Source: Macrostomum lignano
Lineage: Eukaryota
Direction of reading: 5' to 3'
Length of the DNA: 64,000 nucleotides
NCBI GenBank assembly: GCA_002269645.1
Contig: NIVC01001407.1
Span: 186,001 to 250,000, forward strand
The translations under genes and the position numbers were made by a program. Within the stretch, counting starts at the first letter, position 1. Every line of letters begins with the position of its first letter. Under the pieces are notes generated by a model. The model saw nothing but the letters and a program-made list of their open reading frames with translations, did no database searches and was not told where the DNA came from. Positions 46,790-60,025 of the stretch are shown here, one piece after another.

Positions 46790-47841
46790 TTTTGTTAAGA
46801 CAGCTCGTCGTTTGTTGGGTAAAGCAGATTTTCCTTATTTTAGCTTTCAGGTTAAAGGAATTGTCAAACAATGCGGAGTAAATGTAAAATACGAGCGTAT
46901 ATATAAACAAAACTGTATCCAGATACCCATGAAAAGTCACTACTTGCTTTGCTTGTTTTCGGTAAGCAGATACCTTTTACTGCATTTTCACCGCTACGAG
47001 GATGTAAGAAAGCAACAAATTTCAGATTTTTCCGCATTTATTCCGCCTCCACCTCCTTGCTCCACCTTCCAGTTGTCAACCCATGAACTTATTAACTCTT
47101 AGATCCCGACCCCCTCTGCGTCCCGACCACAGACCATATTTTTCAAATGACATAAGACATAATAGATTAACTTTTTGCGTTCAGAGACAAATCAAAGATT
47201 GCCACGTGTCATAAGCATTGGCTTTAGAAATCTATCCCTATCCCTAGCTCCACGGCCACTGTCCCCCCCCCCGCTTTTCTATGTTGTCAGACGAATATCC
47301 CTCCCCCGGGGGGCGCACTCTTCCCCAAAGCTGCCCCCGCCAGCAATGTACTTGCTCCACTCTCCACAGAAAACTGTACTCGCAAAGCTAAATGCCTGGC
47401 GTGTACAGTTGCGGCCATTGTTTCAGCTAGCTAGCTGTATATTGTTCTTCAGCTGCCGCGGTGGCGGTTGCAGACATCTGACGTGGTCGGCTTTGGAGTG
47501 GGGTGGCGAGAGGGTGAAGCTACAGCTGTTGCCAGCAGCTCTCTCTCTCTGTCTCTCTCTCCTATCCATGCATTCTGCGAAATAGAGAGCTAAACTGTCT
47601 GAACAGTTACTGCCAATTTGCTGTTCGTTAACAGCTGTAGTATCGTGACGGCGTGGCAAACTACACGAGTATTAAGCCGCGTGTTCGCGTCCACCCCTCC
47701 TAATACACTGTTTAAATCCCTTCCACACACGGGACGCGTGGGAGTTTTGGTATCTCATATAAGGTTCTTCGAGAAGCCAAAGGCCAACGTAACCAGGATT
47801 ATTTGTAGTTGACTATTTTGAAAATTCTTACCTGTAGCTGT

Positions 47842-50800
47842 ATGGACTCGCAAAAGTTCGTTGTCGGTTTGCTCTGCTGCATCCTGATTCAGTGTGCCAA
47901 GCTCTCCAGTTGCTATGAGCAGTTTTGCGACGTGGAGCGCTGGCTGACAGACAACGACATGCCTGTGAACAGGCTGGATGTGTCCAGCTACGCCAAGAGC
48001 AGGCTGCTGGTAAGTCTGCAATCGCGAGAAAAACTAATCAAATGCTCATTTCTACGAGCCGTGCACAAGGAAGCCGATTTGGAACGGTCGTTTAAACAAA
48101 GTCGCTACCGGGTTAGTAAACGTGAAATCAAAAATCGACAAGAAGAGAAAACAAGGAGACACAACAGAGAGCGAGACGAGGTCGACAAGGACGACAGAGA
48201 TTTGTCCTCAAGAGGAGATTCTCAAAATGACGATCTGCTTGATGCGGTCGATGAGGCTGGGAAACGAAGTCGGTCACCGGACGAGTGGGACTCCAATGCG
48301 TCAACGGAGAGGCAGGCGCAGCCTGTGGAAGAGCAGTCAAAGCAGCAGCAACCAGAAGATGGTGAGCAAAAACAAAAGCAGACGGAAAACCCACAAGCAC
48401 AACAACAGCAGCCAACTGGACAGCAGCAGCAACCGCAAGAACAAAAGCAACCGGAACCCCAGAAGCATCAATTAGAAGAAAACTCACAAAATCAGCATCA
48501 GGGTAGAAACAGTAAAGACAGTGCTGAAACTCCACTGCAACCCGAGGAGAAAAATTTAACCAATGAAACTAAAAGTAACCATGTAAGCACAATGAACTCC
48601 TCAGCTGCTACACCAGAGTTCAGTAATCACTCAAGGGAGCTGCCCAATGGGACCCAGAAAAAACTCTACCTAAACGCCAGCTTAAATCAGGCAGCGAATG
48701 TTACCGAAGCAAAAAAATGGCTGCAGCAATGTTCCACTACAAGCTCGAAGCTTCCAAATCGATTAACCTCTTTCTGGTTTTGTCACCTTTTTCACAAAAT
48801 AAAATTATCTAGCTTTCCAAAAAAGGCAATAGAAACTTCATCGACTAGTCGAGATGTTGCAAGCCTCTGCACAAAATGTCCCAGTCAGCACTCAAACCAA
48901 AGCTTGCCACGTTTTTGCGAAGTTCTGTTTTCAATAAATTTACGAGAATCGGCGCGGCAAAGTGTTTTGGATCCAGTAAACTCCTCTGAAGTTGATACTC
49001 TGCATTTGATGGAGCATTCAAAGCAGGGCACCGCTGCTGAAGACGTCAATGGCTTCACTGTATCGTGCCTTCAATGCAAGGTATCATTTCGCAACACGAC
49101 TCGGTCGATGTGCATATTCGCAGCAAAATTTATTAGCCTTGATGGCGACATCGTTGCTAACAGAAATCCGCTAGACGATCCCATTGCAACTAAGCTTCAG
49201 TTCATCGGTGACAAGGTGAGCAGTGGTAGCCCAGCAGCCGTTGGATCAACAGAGCAGCATATGCTGGGCGGCGAGCTGCAAGAAACTGAACTGCCAACCA
49301 GAATACGACAAGATGCTCACAATAAGAGACAGGATCAGACTGAATCCAATCAAACGGTTCAGTCGGCTAGTGAGCCAACTGCCGAGAAGCAACACTTACC
49401 TCAGAACGACTCTTCCAATGAACACGCAGCTCCTGTTGCAACTGATACCGGCTCTGCTACCAACCAGATTGAATCTTTGACCAGCTCGATTTTCATGGAA
49501 AAACTGTACGACAGTCTTCTTAGTCAGCGAGCAGCTTCAGTTGAGTCGGTGCTGAATCTGTCACGAAGAGTTGATAGTTTGAACAATCGAATTGACAAAG
49601 CGCTTAATACGACTTCTCAGAGAGACCAAAGCAGCGTTATGCAGAGTCCAAAACTGCACGAATTAGAAAGCAGATTAACTCAGATAATTGTTCAGATGGC
49701 GCAGCTGAATCGCAAATTAATCCAACGAATGCGCAACCTGGAGTCCGCAACAATGCGCAAGTTGGCAACCTGCGAGATGAAGCTGAACATATCACGAGCT
49801 CAGGCTGAGTCAGCCAGCCAACGAGATCGCATCCGAACTGCTAGACTGGAGCGCAGGATCAGACAAGTGGCTAGTCAGCTAAAGCACATGCGAGATCGTA
49901 GATTTGCGGATGAGGCAGCAATGGCGCATCCGGTGATGCCCCCGATGGTGCAGTACGGTTACCTGGGGCATGCAGACTTGGAGCAGCGGCGCCATACTGA
50001 GCATCAGCGCCAGCAATATATGCCCAACGCTGCAGATGCCACGCTTCCAAATATTATTGGTACGTCTGTCTTTCATAATGAACCCTGTAATAATACATCT
50101 ATGTACTCGTAAAGAAGGTTGTCACTTTATGAATGAAAAATCTATGAAAAATAGTTCTCTGAAGTCTTTAGGATTCGACGTTTTTGTGCCACCAAATGGA
50201 CCAATATTTCAAGGGGATCATCAATTGTGAAGGGAGGTGCCATCACATTTAGAGGGGGTGCCATTTCATTTTGAGGAGTGTTGTTTTGTTTTGAGAAGTG
50301 CCACTTCCTTTTGAAAATCACCATTTCATTTTGAGAGGGTGCCATTTTATTTTAAGGGGTGCCATTTCATTTTGAGTTGGCCGGAAACACCGAGGGGGGG
50401 CTTTTGCACCAGAGGCTTTAAAACTGACTATTGTGATACTTCAGTAGGTTTTACTAATGTGTACCAACTTGTCTTATCATGAATACATGAAATACATTAA
50501 TACATGAAAACTCTTCACAGACTGTTCCGACATCTACGCCAAAGAGAAAACCAAGCAACGCGATTCTGCGTCAGACCTTTCCGATGGCGTGTTCTCAACT
50601 AATCTGGGCCTGACAAAACCGGTACAGGTGCGCTGCGACATGCGAAACGAAGGCTGGACATATATTTTGAGTCGAAGAGACGGAAAAACCGACTTCTTTC
50701 GGAATTGGACCGAATATCGAAGCGGATTTGGTGGTAAGCAAGCTAGAGTGTTTTTGCTTCAGAGTGAGAGTGTTTCTTCGCATTAACTTGTAGCTTGAAA

Positions 50801-53800
50801 GCAGGCCCTTGTTGTTTACGAGCATGCCAGCTATAAAAGGAACAGAAGCTACAGAGGGGTGACAGCTACAGAGGGGCGACAGCTACAGAGGGGCGACAGC
50901 TAAAGAGGGGCGACAGCTACAGAGGGGCGACAGCTACAGAGGGGCGACAGCTACAAGAGGCGATAGATACAGAGGGGCGACAGCTACAGAGGGGTGACAG
51001 CAACAGAAGGGCGACATCTACAGAGGGCCGACAGCTACATGGGGCGACAGCTACAGAGGGGTGACAGCAACAGAAGGGCGACAGCTACAGAGGGCCGACA
51101 GCTACATGGGGCGACAGCTACAGAGGGGTGACAGCAACAGAAGGGCGACAGCTACAGAGGGGCGACAGCTACAGAGGGGCGACAGCTACAGAGGGGTGAC
51201 AGCAACAGAAGGGCGACAGCTACAGAGGGGCGACAGCTATAGAGGGGCGACAGCTAAAGAGGGGCGACAGCTACAGAGGGGCGACAGCTACAGAGGGGCG
51301 ACAGCTACATGGGGCGACAGCTACAGAGGGGTGACAGCAACAGAAGGGCGACAGCTACAGAGGGGCGACAGCTACAGAGGGGCGACAGCTACAGAGGGGT
51401 GACAGCAACAGAAGGGCGACAGCTACAGAGGGGCGACAGCTATAGAGGGGCGACAGCTAAAGAGGGGCGACAGCTACAGAGGGGCGACAGCTACAGAGGG
51501 GCGACAGCTACAAGAGGCGATAGATACAGAGGGGCGACAGCTACAGAGGGGTGACAGCAACAGAAGGGCGACAGCTACAGAGGGGCGACAGCTACAGAGG
51601 GAACGACAGCTACAGACGGGCGACAGCTACAGAGGGGCGACAGCTACAGAGGGGCGACAGCTACAGAGGGGCGACAGCTACAGAGGGGCGACAGCTACAG
51701 AGGGGCGACAGCTACAGAGGGAACGACAGCTACAGACGGGCGACAGCTACAGAGGGGCGACAGCTACAGAGGGGCGAAAGCTACAGAGGGAACGACAGCT
51801 ACAAGGGGCAACAGCTAGAAAGGTGTATATAGAGTACTAGTCTCTAAAGTCTACTAATAGTAGTATAGTAGTAATCTCTACAATTAGTATTGCTAGTTTA
51901 GGATCTAAAAACTAGGCTAGACAGTTATTTCAAATTCGCAGTACGCGACAAACAGCTCAGGTTATTGAAAAAATACTTTCGGCTCGTAGAATGAAAAAAG
52001 AGTAATATCTTGACAAATCTTAAGGGAAGTATTCAGTCTTCACTTTTCTTTATAATCACGGCGCGACACGGGTAACGGGTGACCTATCGATGAATAATAG
52101 CTTTTTGTTTGAATGGGACTAACGTCGTACGAGCAAGCAGTGGCGTATACGCAGTCAGGGCCCGCCCCCCCCCAATCGACCTTACAAAAATCCTCCAAAA
52201 AATGAATGAAAGGAGTTGACAGGAACTGAACTTTTGCCACCTCTTAGACTTGGCATTTACTGGAATAAGATACAGGGATGTCCACCGAGAGACAGGGGTG
52301 TCCACCGAGAGACAGGGGTGTCCACCGAGAGACAGGGGTGTCCACCGAGAGACAGGGGTGTCCACCGAGAGACAGGGGTGTCCACCGAGAGACAGGGGTG
52401 TCCACCGAGAGACAGGGGTGTCCACCGAGAGACAGGGGTGTCCACCGAGAGACAGGGGTGTCCACCGAGAGACAGGGGTGTCCACCGAGAGACAGGGGTG
52501 TCCACCGAGAGACAGGGGTGTCTACCGAGATACAGGGATGTCCACCGAGAGACAGGGGTGTCCACCGAGAGACAGGGGTGTCCACCGAGAGACAGGGGTG
52601 TCCACCGAGAGACAGGGGTGTCCACCGAGAGACAGGGGTGTCTACCGAGAGACAGGGTTGTCCACCGAGAGACAGGGGTGTCTACCGAGAGACAGGGGTG
52701 TCCACCGAGAGACAGGGGTGTCCACCGAGAGATAGGGGTGTCCACCGAGAGACAGAGGGGCGCCCATGCACTGACAGGGGCACCCACCGTGAGACAGGGG
52801 CGCCCACCGTGAGACAGGAGCGCCCACCGAGAGACAGGGGTGTCCACCGAGAGATAGGGGTGTCCACCGAGAGACAGAGGGGCGCCCATGCACTGACAGG
52901 GGCACCCACCGTGAGACAGGGGCGCCCACCGTGAGACAGGAGCGCCCACCGAGAGACAGGGGCACCCAACAAGCGACAAGGGGTGCTCACCAAGACGCAG
53001 GCTAGAAACTGGCGCCCCTTATATTTTAGGGTTGCTGCCCCAGTAATTAAAATTCCTGCGAACGCTACTTGCGAGTGAGTGATAGTACCCATTACACTGA
53101 ATCCGAACAAAACAAATTGCATAGTTGAGTGGAGTTGTGAGCTAAAACAGTCAAATTCATTTCTGACTCAGCCTGCAGTCACAGTCCTGAATTCACCTCG
53201 GCATTGAATTTTCCTTTCCCTAACTCTCAATATTTCGAATATAGGAGGCAATTGAGCGTAGCGAATGATAGCGACTATAAGCGCAGAAATTGAATTCTAG
53301 TGGGTTTGAATTCCGATTTTATCTATTAGTATAGAAACAGAATGAGACAAACATTGACGCGATGACTAGACAAAAAGCTAGGATTTAGGAAGGGTGGAGC
53401 TCTTTGTTTGATCAATTCTTTGTTGGTATCAATTGCCAGCGGATTGTTTAATGCGTATTTTTAGGAAGGTTACGCGTGTACATCCATATAGGTAGGCAGA
53501 GTAGGCATGTGGGGTGAGTAGACGTCAGGCCGGCAGGCAGGCAAACAGGCAGGTAGGTAGGTAGGTAAGGTAGGTAGGCAGGTAGGTAGTAAGGTAGGTA
53601 GGTAGGTAGGTAAGGTAGGTAGGTAGGTAAGTAGGTAGGTAGGTAGGCATGTATTGTATTGTAGGCTAGCTTTTTCTGTAGCTATATATATTATCACTGA
53701 AATGCATTTAAATATCACTTAAAGGCCCAACATATAGCTATTAGATACTTGACTTTATTTGTGATATTGTTTTTGTTATCGAACGTACATGTAAAATACT

Positions 53801-56711
53801 TCATTCAATAAATCAATGCGTAAAGGTTGACGTTTATATCGCATAGGCATAGGCATAGCTAAAGTTACTTCAGCATGGGTAACTAAATGAGAATTGTATC
53901 GATTCATTTTTCTTTGATGCATTTTAGTATCAGGAAAGGACAGACAGAAAGTACCGACAGTTGTATAAAATCCAATTTGACTGTTTCCTAAAATGTAAAA
54001 AATGTTTCGCAAAGGACTTTTTAGTGCATTATGAGATCCCATACTAAAATTATCTGATAATGGTCCCCTTTGAAGGTCACTCGCGTCGCAATGTACAGTT
54101 TACTTCGTGTCACGCGCTTTAAGCGTGATATAATAAAAAGAGAGAGGGAGATACGGAAAGGCTATTTTTAGATTCGGGTGCAAGACATTAATGTACACTG
54201 CTGAGTGTACATATAAATGGGGGAGGGGGTAAATCTGGGCGAGAAGACGCTTCTTGTTTACCCCCGTAGTTCACTGACTTTTTTCAGTTTGAGGGAAGGA
54301 AAAGATGGTGTGTTTTCAGAACCAGTTCTAACCGGCCTTTAAACTGGATCAGAAGCTCTCCAGTTTACTCAGGCCACACTGACGAGTGACGTGACGTATG
54401 ATTTAAAAAACAATTTCTAGCATCTGCACGTTATGAAATCTTTTGAAATCTTGGGAGCCATCTTTAATATTCAGTTTTACACCTGGGTGACGGGTGTACA
54501 GTATACACTCAGCAACATGTTAAAGTTTCCACCCTGAAGCCAGTGAAAAATGAATGAATTAATGAATTAAATCTTAATGTTATCATTGACAATACACTAA
54601 TATCAGGTTATTTTTCGTCATATCAGCTTGATTGCGAAATCAGCCCATACGAGCCCGCGGACGCGTGGAGTGTGAATTGCGTCACTTGGGGCTGAGAATC
54701 TCAGATCTGAGGAAAGTTGACCAATGACCACTGGTTTTGGAGTGGAAACTTTAACATGTTGCTGAGTGAGTGTACATGTAATTTGCTGACCGCAAAGATC
54801 ATGCAATATAATTTACATAAAAGGTAATGTAACGTGTGGATCAACTCGGTCTCCTACAGTAAAATTCCAAATGTCATTGATTTGCTCCACAGTTAAATAA
54901 AAATAAAAAAATCTAACAATAACTAACAAATCTAACAAGACGTCAATTCAAAAAGTTTGAGGCTTTTAATTTGGCTTCCTTTAGGGTATTACTATAACTA
55001 CGAGTATATTATCTTGCCCATCGCCCATTAAATCTATACTCAGCATTCAGCAACAGTCAAAAGTTCCACCCTCCGAGCGAGATGAAAATTTTCTCACTGT
55101 TTGCGACAACTTTGCACTCACAATTCAACCCTTCGGTTACGTAAATAAGCCGCCGGCACGCCGCGAGGAAGGGAGAGTTGATTGAATCAATAATAAACCT
55201 CATTCGCACAAAATCATAACAGTTTTTTTTGCAATCTTCAGTTAGAATCGCGATGCTTAATAACGCGTGTGGGATCCCCCGCACGCAGAAGTGCGGCGAC
55301 TCTGGGTTGCATTCCCAGGAAAAGGAGGGGCCGCAGAAAGTCCTGGGGAAGCTGCCGCCAAGCGTTTTCAAAGGCATGACGCAGCTCCGCAACATTCTGT
55401 TGTGGTGAATTTTCTTTTCGATCGCAGAATTTTAGGAAATCTCAGACATGCTCGATGGGATTCATGTCTGAGGATCGGGAAGGCCGGCGCAGAGTGTGCA
55501 GCTGTAGCTGTTCTTTCAGTTGACTAACGGCATCGGCATCGGCAGACCCAAACCATCCCCAGCCCCAGGTGGCAAAGGCAATAATTAAGCTTTGCACGTG
55601 CGAAGTAAGTTGCGTCACTAGCAATAGTGAAAAAAATTCATCTCGCTTGGAGGGTGGAACTTGTGACTGTTGCTGAGTATAGCAAAGACAGGTTAAGCAA
55701 TGTCATTGCATGGTAACTCAACTTCTTCAAAACTTCATCTGCTTTGTTGATCAAGATGCCACAGTGGCGTAGCCAGGGGAGGGCAGGGGGCCGCAATCGC
55801 CTGAGGGGGGTGGGGTTGGGCGCGGCGGGTACCAAAAACCATGAGGCAATTGAGTGCCTGCGGCGCTAAAATGAGTGCCTGCGGCGCCAAAATGAGTGCC
55901 TGCTGCGCCAGAAGTGGCAATGGCATAAGGCATGGCCAGCCAGGCCAACCTGCCCCCCCCCCCAATTGAAATTCCTGGCTACGCCACTGAGATGCCAAAC
56001 ATCCCCCTACTAATGAAAGAAAGATCCTGGCTACCCCTGGTGCTATGCGTCACGACTATGAAGGTCTGAGTAACTTATGAGGGTCTATATAGCTATTATT
56101 TGGTATCCATGTACATGTACAGAGTACATGTACCCATAGCACACTTACACCTAAACACTTGCTAATGCAAGAACGCTACAGACGTTTTTAAGTGTTACGT
56201 ACGTACCATGCAGAATGTTAAAAATACACTTTGCTTAATCCTATTTTTAGATCCGTCGGGCGAGCACTTTCTCGGACTGGATGCACTTGCCGAGATGACG
56301 TCTAGACGCGAATACCAGCTGTGGGTGGTTCTGGAAGACTGGGAGGGTTTAGTCAAGCATGTCAACTACGATCGCTTCTTTGTTTTTGGCAAACAGTACA
56401 ACTACAAGCTTATCGTGGACCGTTTCCATGGCGACGCAAGCGTCGGCGACTCGCTAGGCAGCCACTCGAACGCGTCGTTCAGCACCTTCGACTCGGACAA
56501 TGATCTTGTTGATACTAAATTTGGCGGCAACTGCGCTAAACGCTTTCGCGGCGGTTTCTGGTACTTCTCGTGCTATCGAGCGAATCCCACTGGTCAATAC
56601 TATCAGGGCGGAGCAATACCCAACAAGAAGTGCGATGGTATCGTCTGGAAGACTTGGAAAGGACCGCATTATTCGCTTAAGTCAATTGAAATGAAGATTA
56701 AACCGTTATAA
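47842..56711 (+). CDS. Secreted fibrinogen-related-domain protein (angiopoietin-like/scabrous-like), ~963 aa
   Basis: Exons 47842-50059, 50521-50733, 56251-56711 (phases 1,1). Signal peptide MDSQKFVVGLLCCILIQCAKLSSC, Q-rich linker, coiled coil, then DCSDIY..VRCDM..GWTYI..RDGKTDFFRNWTEYRSGFG|DPSGEHFLGLD..FSTFDSDND..NCA..GGFWYFSCYRANPTG..GIVWKTWKG..YSLK..EMKIKP*. Confidence 0.88.
50845..51820 (+). repeat. 17-bp minisatellite (~57 units) in FReD intron 2
   Basis: Unit GGGGCGACAGCTACAGA. Confidence 0.95.
52138..53071. mobile_element. hAT-type MITE inflated by an internal minisatellite
   Basis: Degenerate TIRs CAGTGGCGTATACGCAG / CTGCGAACGCTACTTG; flanks CGAGCAAG / CGAGTGAG (6/8 TSD). Confidence 0.6.
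52270..52975 (+). repeat. 20-bp minisatellite inside the MITE
   Basis: Unit GGGGTGTCCACCGAGAGACA. Confidence 0.95.
53490..53650 (+). repeat. (AGGT)n microsatellite
   Basis: Directly visible. Confidence 0.9.
54506..54772. mobile_element. Tc1/mariner-type MITE
   Basis: 27-bp perfect TIR CACTCAGCAACATGTTAAAGTTTCCAC (54506-54532) and its inverse (54742-54768), followed by a 4-bp stutter; TA on both sides. Confidence 0.8.
55037..55679 (-). mobile_element. Internally deleted Tc1-like transposon with transposase pseudogene
   Basis: ~60-bp imperfect TIRs (TACTCAGC..CAACAGTCA.AAGTTCCACCCTCC.AGCGAGATGAA) with TA TSDs. Minus frame PSRSSDMNPIEHV*DFLK...NVAELRHAFENAWRQLPQDFL...RVAALLRA/GGSHTRY* is the Tc1 SPDLNPIE motif and C-terminus with a stop and a frameshift. 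Confidence 0.88.
55762..55989. mobile_element. hAT-type MITE
   Basis: 16-bp perfect TIR CAGTGGCGTAGCCAGG / CCTGGCTACGCCACTG; perfect 8-bp TSD AGATGCCA; three internal AAATGAGTGCCTGCGGCGC copies. Confidence 0.93.
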
Positions 56712-58892
56712 TTTTGCACAATGTTTCTAGAGAGTGAATAGTTTGGATTCCACGTTCCTGTCTGTGTTCTTTTACCTGGTAGTTACACAACACGACAACA
56801 CTGTTTGTTTTTGGCTACATGTAAATCGTGATTGCTAGCTGTACGGGTCAACACCACAATCTCGAAATTTCATATCCTTGAAGACAGGAAACTTCATAAA
56901 GCTCGAAACTTTGCATATCGTCGGATTATTTACATTTGTGTTCTTATTTCCATGCAGGAAAATTCCAGCTTTTGAACTCCCTAGCTGCTGTACGTGTTAC
57001 ATTTAGATCTTTTTGTTTGTTAATGTGCCTTTTCAACAAATCATTCTTAGTGTGGTGTCTGGACCTCTGTTGATTGTTGATGTCACATGATAGTATCTTC
57101 ATCAACTGAACTGTACACTTTTCGATCCTGCAGAGTACGGAATTGTGGGCTCGGAAGACCTAACCTGCGTGTGTACAATGTCAATGTGCATTAGGTGTTT
57201 TAGGTTCAGATCAGTACTCATGCTTTTAACTGAGAAATCAGATTAAATAGGTTTTCCCAGTCATGTAGCGCACAATACCCAACTCAAGTTGATAGCCATC
57301 TCAATCTAAATAGCCAAGTCAAGTGCAAATTATCCAATCAGAGCGCTTCTCGATATTCATCCCGCTGCTGCGCAATGACAACAATTGACGAACAACCGAT
57401 CGCGTAAAGTGCGAGCGACAAAGTCAACTCAACCAGTAGCGCAACCAGAAATTTTGTGGGGATTCTAGAGGGTAAAGACTCGGGAGGGGGCGGAGGGGTG
57501 GCTCTGTTTTTTGCGAAAAGTCGCTTGGTCCCCCTTTGTTTTTTTTCTAGTCTCCGCCTAAGGGGGGCTCACAGAATTAACGAACGAGTTTGCCACCTGA
57601 AATGACTTTAATGCTGCACTCGACTTGAAAAGCAACTGGATTCGTGGCTTGTTGCCATTTAAATAGAATGACGCACTTCAGCTAAGTTATTTGCACTTGA
57701 GTTGGCTATTTTGCGCGCTGCCCTTGACCGAAAAACTTATATTGGAGCTTTGCTATAATTTTCTGACTTGACTTAATCAACTTCTTTTTTTTCGCAATTG
57801 AATTGTATTGATTTTTGTACAGCTGGTTTGTATTTCTGTGACGCAACGTGAGAAGTTTAAATTTGACATCACAAATTCTCCTCTGTCATTGTCAAAGTTC
57901 TCAGAAGTTCATGCATGCATAGTAAACTCCTCTCAACTCTAAATTTACTCAACTGTGATCGACACAGTGCAGGTACTATAGTGCAACTATGCTATGGCCG
58001 AAATAATCATTTGTTGTGGAGATTGCACTATTACAATTACAAATTGACTCTTAAGTGAAGCATAATTTTTATCAGAATCTTAGCAGGCTTATACGAGTAT
58101 TCTTAATGGCTCGTATACTTATAGCTTTAGCTATAAGAGGTATACAACTATACATCTACTACGACTACGAGCAGTTATACATTTAGCCTAGTCAGCTGGT
58201 TTTCTTATGGAACAATATTGTGTCCTTGTTATAAAAGTGAAGAACTATGTATATCGGATCTATCTCCATGTGTGTGACTGGCCCCACCCTGAAATGTTTC
58301 ACGTAGCTATCTTTGTTTCTCTTAACAAAGACCCAAGTCCTAAAAGATGGTTAATTAACCGTCTGATTTCCAATTCAGCGATGTTTGCCACTTATAAATG
58401 AAAGAATAACTCGAATTTGAAATATTGAAAAATGGTATTTTTATGCAATTTTATTAATATTATAGATAGTGAACAACGGCTTAATTTAGAATCTAGATCA
58501 GAGATAATAAATAGATAAGATTTTTTCTACACTGCATACATGTGAATATCACATTCAGAACAGGCCAAAAGACTGTAAAGTGTACACGAATGCCCATTGG
58601 CTGTTTGATTAAAAATGAGGAAAGAGGACAGATAAGAGAGAGGAGCGTGGGGTGGTTTGGATTCGCCTCCAACCCCCCATCCCCCCGGAGGAGGACGTGG
58701 CGGGGTGGAAAGCTCTGCTTTGTGGCCCAGTGTATGTGCTAAAAATAGATCAGTCCACTCCGGCCTGGCTCAACACCCCAAAATTCTTGTGTCCCCTTGT
58801 GTCTGCCTTCTCGCTCGCTTTTATGTTCAAAGCACCTCCACCTCTCTCTGTTCATCTGAACTGAAAAGGCGTTAAACCTTCTAGCACTACGC

Positions 58893-59047
58893 GCACAAAG
58901 CAAAGCAAATTTTAATTCTAGAAAAGAAAGGTTAGCTAATGGAGGCACAAAGCAAAGCAAATTTTAATTCTAGAAAAGAAAGGTTAGCTAATGGAGGCAC
59001 AAAGCAAAGCAAATTTTAATTCTAGAAAAGAAAGGTTAGCTAATGGA
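58893..59047 (+). repeat. 52-bp tandem repeat x3
   Basis: CACAAAGCAAAGC recurs at 58894, 58946, 58998. Confidence 0.92.
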
Positions 59048-59671
59048 GGGGGGTTGCGACTAGACGAGTAAATCGATAAGCCAACCAGCACAAAGCTATG
59101 TTTGCCTAGCCAATGAGAGGAGGTTGCAAAACCCGCTGGTTTCAATCAATAATTTCTACCCCACCCTGCTCTCCTTTTTATGCGCCCCTTGAATGTGCAT
59201 AGACAGTTGGACAAGCAACTGTACAGTGACTTGCAAGCAAGCTGAATCTGCGAAGAAAGGCCTTCACTATCTCAGCTTCAACCTGGGCACGACATTTCAA
59301 CCGAATCACTTAGGTAGGTACGTCGGCGCCTACCATTATTTATCATTTATTTATCATTAACACAAATAATTAACGCATTCGTGATAATTATATTGTTTCT
59401 CCAAATTCAACTATTCAACTATTCAACTATTTGATGCTATTTATAGCATTCACCGTGACTCACGAGTCACGTGACATGTCCGCAGACCGCACCTCACAGG
59501 CCGGCACCTCTCACCCAGTATATAAAGCCCTTAAGCTCTAAGCCCTAAGTCGATTAAGACTACTGTGATTGGTCGCTGGTAGAGATACTTGTATGTTGTA
59601 TTGTACATCAGTACATGTAAAGAAAATAGGAGTATGACAACTAAGTGTCAAGTGACTACGAGCGTATAGGA

Positions 59672-60025
59672 CAGTTGCGGATTTAGGGGGCGATGCACAC
59701 AGGGTGCGCCCCCCATTGAGTTTGATTTTTGATTTTTTATATGGGAAATACACATAACTTTATAAAAATATTTTTCTGCTTCGATTTTCATTGACTGTGG
59801 CAGAATTTTTGTGCCTCCGAGTCCCCATCATAAAAGTGTCTCCGAATCCAGTGGCGTAGGGAGTGGGGAATGGGCATGGGGGAGGATGCATCTGACAATT
59901 TTTTGTCCATTCTTATTGTAGTTTAGTAATTTCTTGCGTTCATTTATGTGTGGGATCGGGATGGGATGCTCTCAAGCGTTTTAGAAGAACTTAATCCACC
60001 CCCTCGAATAAAGTATCTGCATCTG
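59672..60025. mobile_element. Decayed or nested CAGT(G/T)GCG-type MITE fragments
   Basis: CAGTTGCGGAT..ATCTGCATCTG (9/11 inverted match) with an internal CAGTGGCGTAGG at 59849; no TSD found. Confidence 0.3.

Noticed and set aside
49000-50112. 767-aa ORF 47809-50112 as a complete gene
   Set aside because: It starts at TTG upstream of the likely ATG (47842) and reads through the donor at 50059; the true protein continues into the FReD exons.
51061-52979. Many RGD/RG-rich and Cys-rich ORFs
   Set aside because: 17-bp and 20-bp satellites in FReD intron 2.
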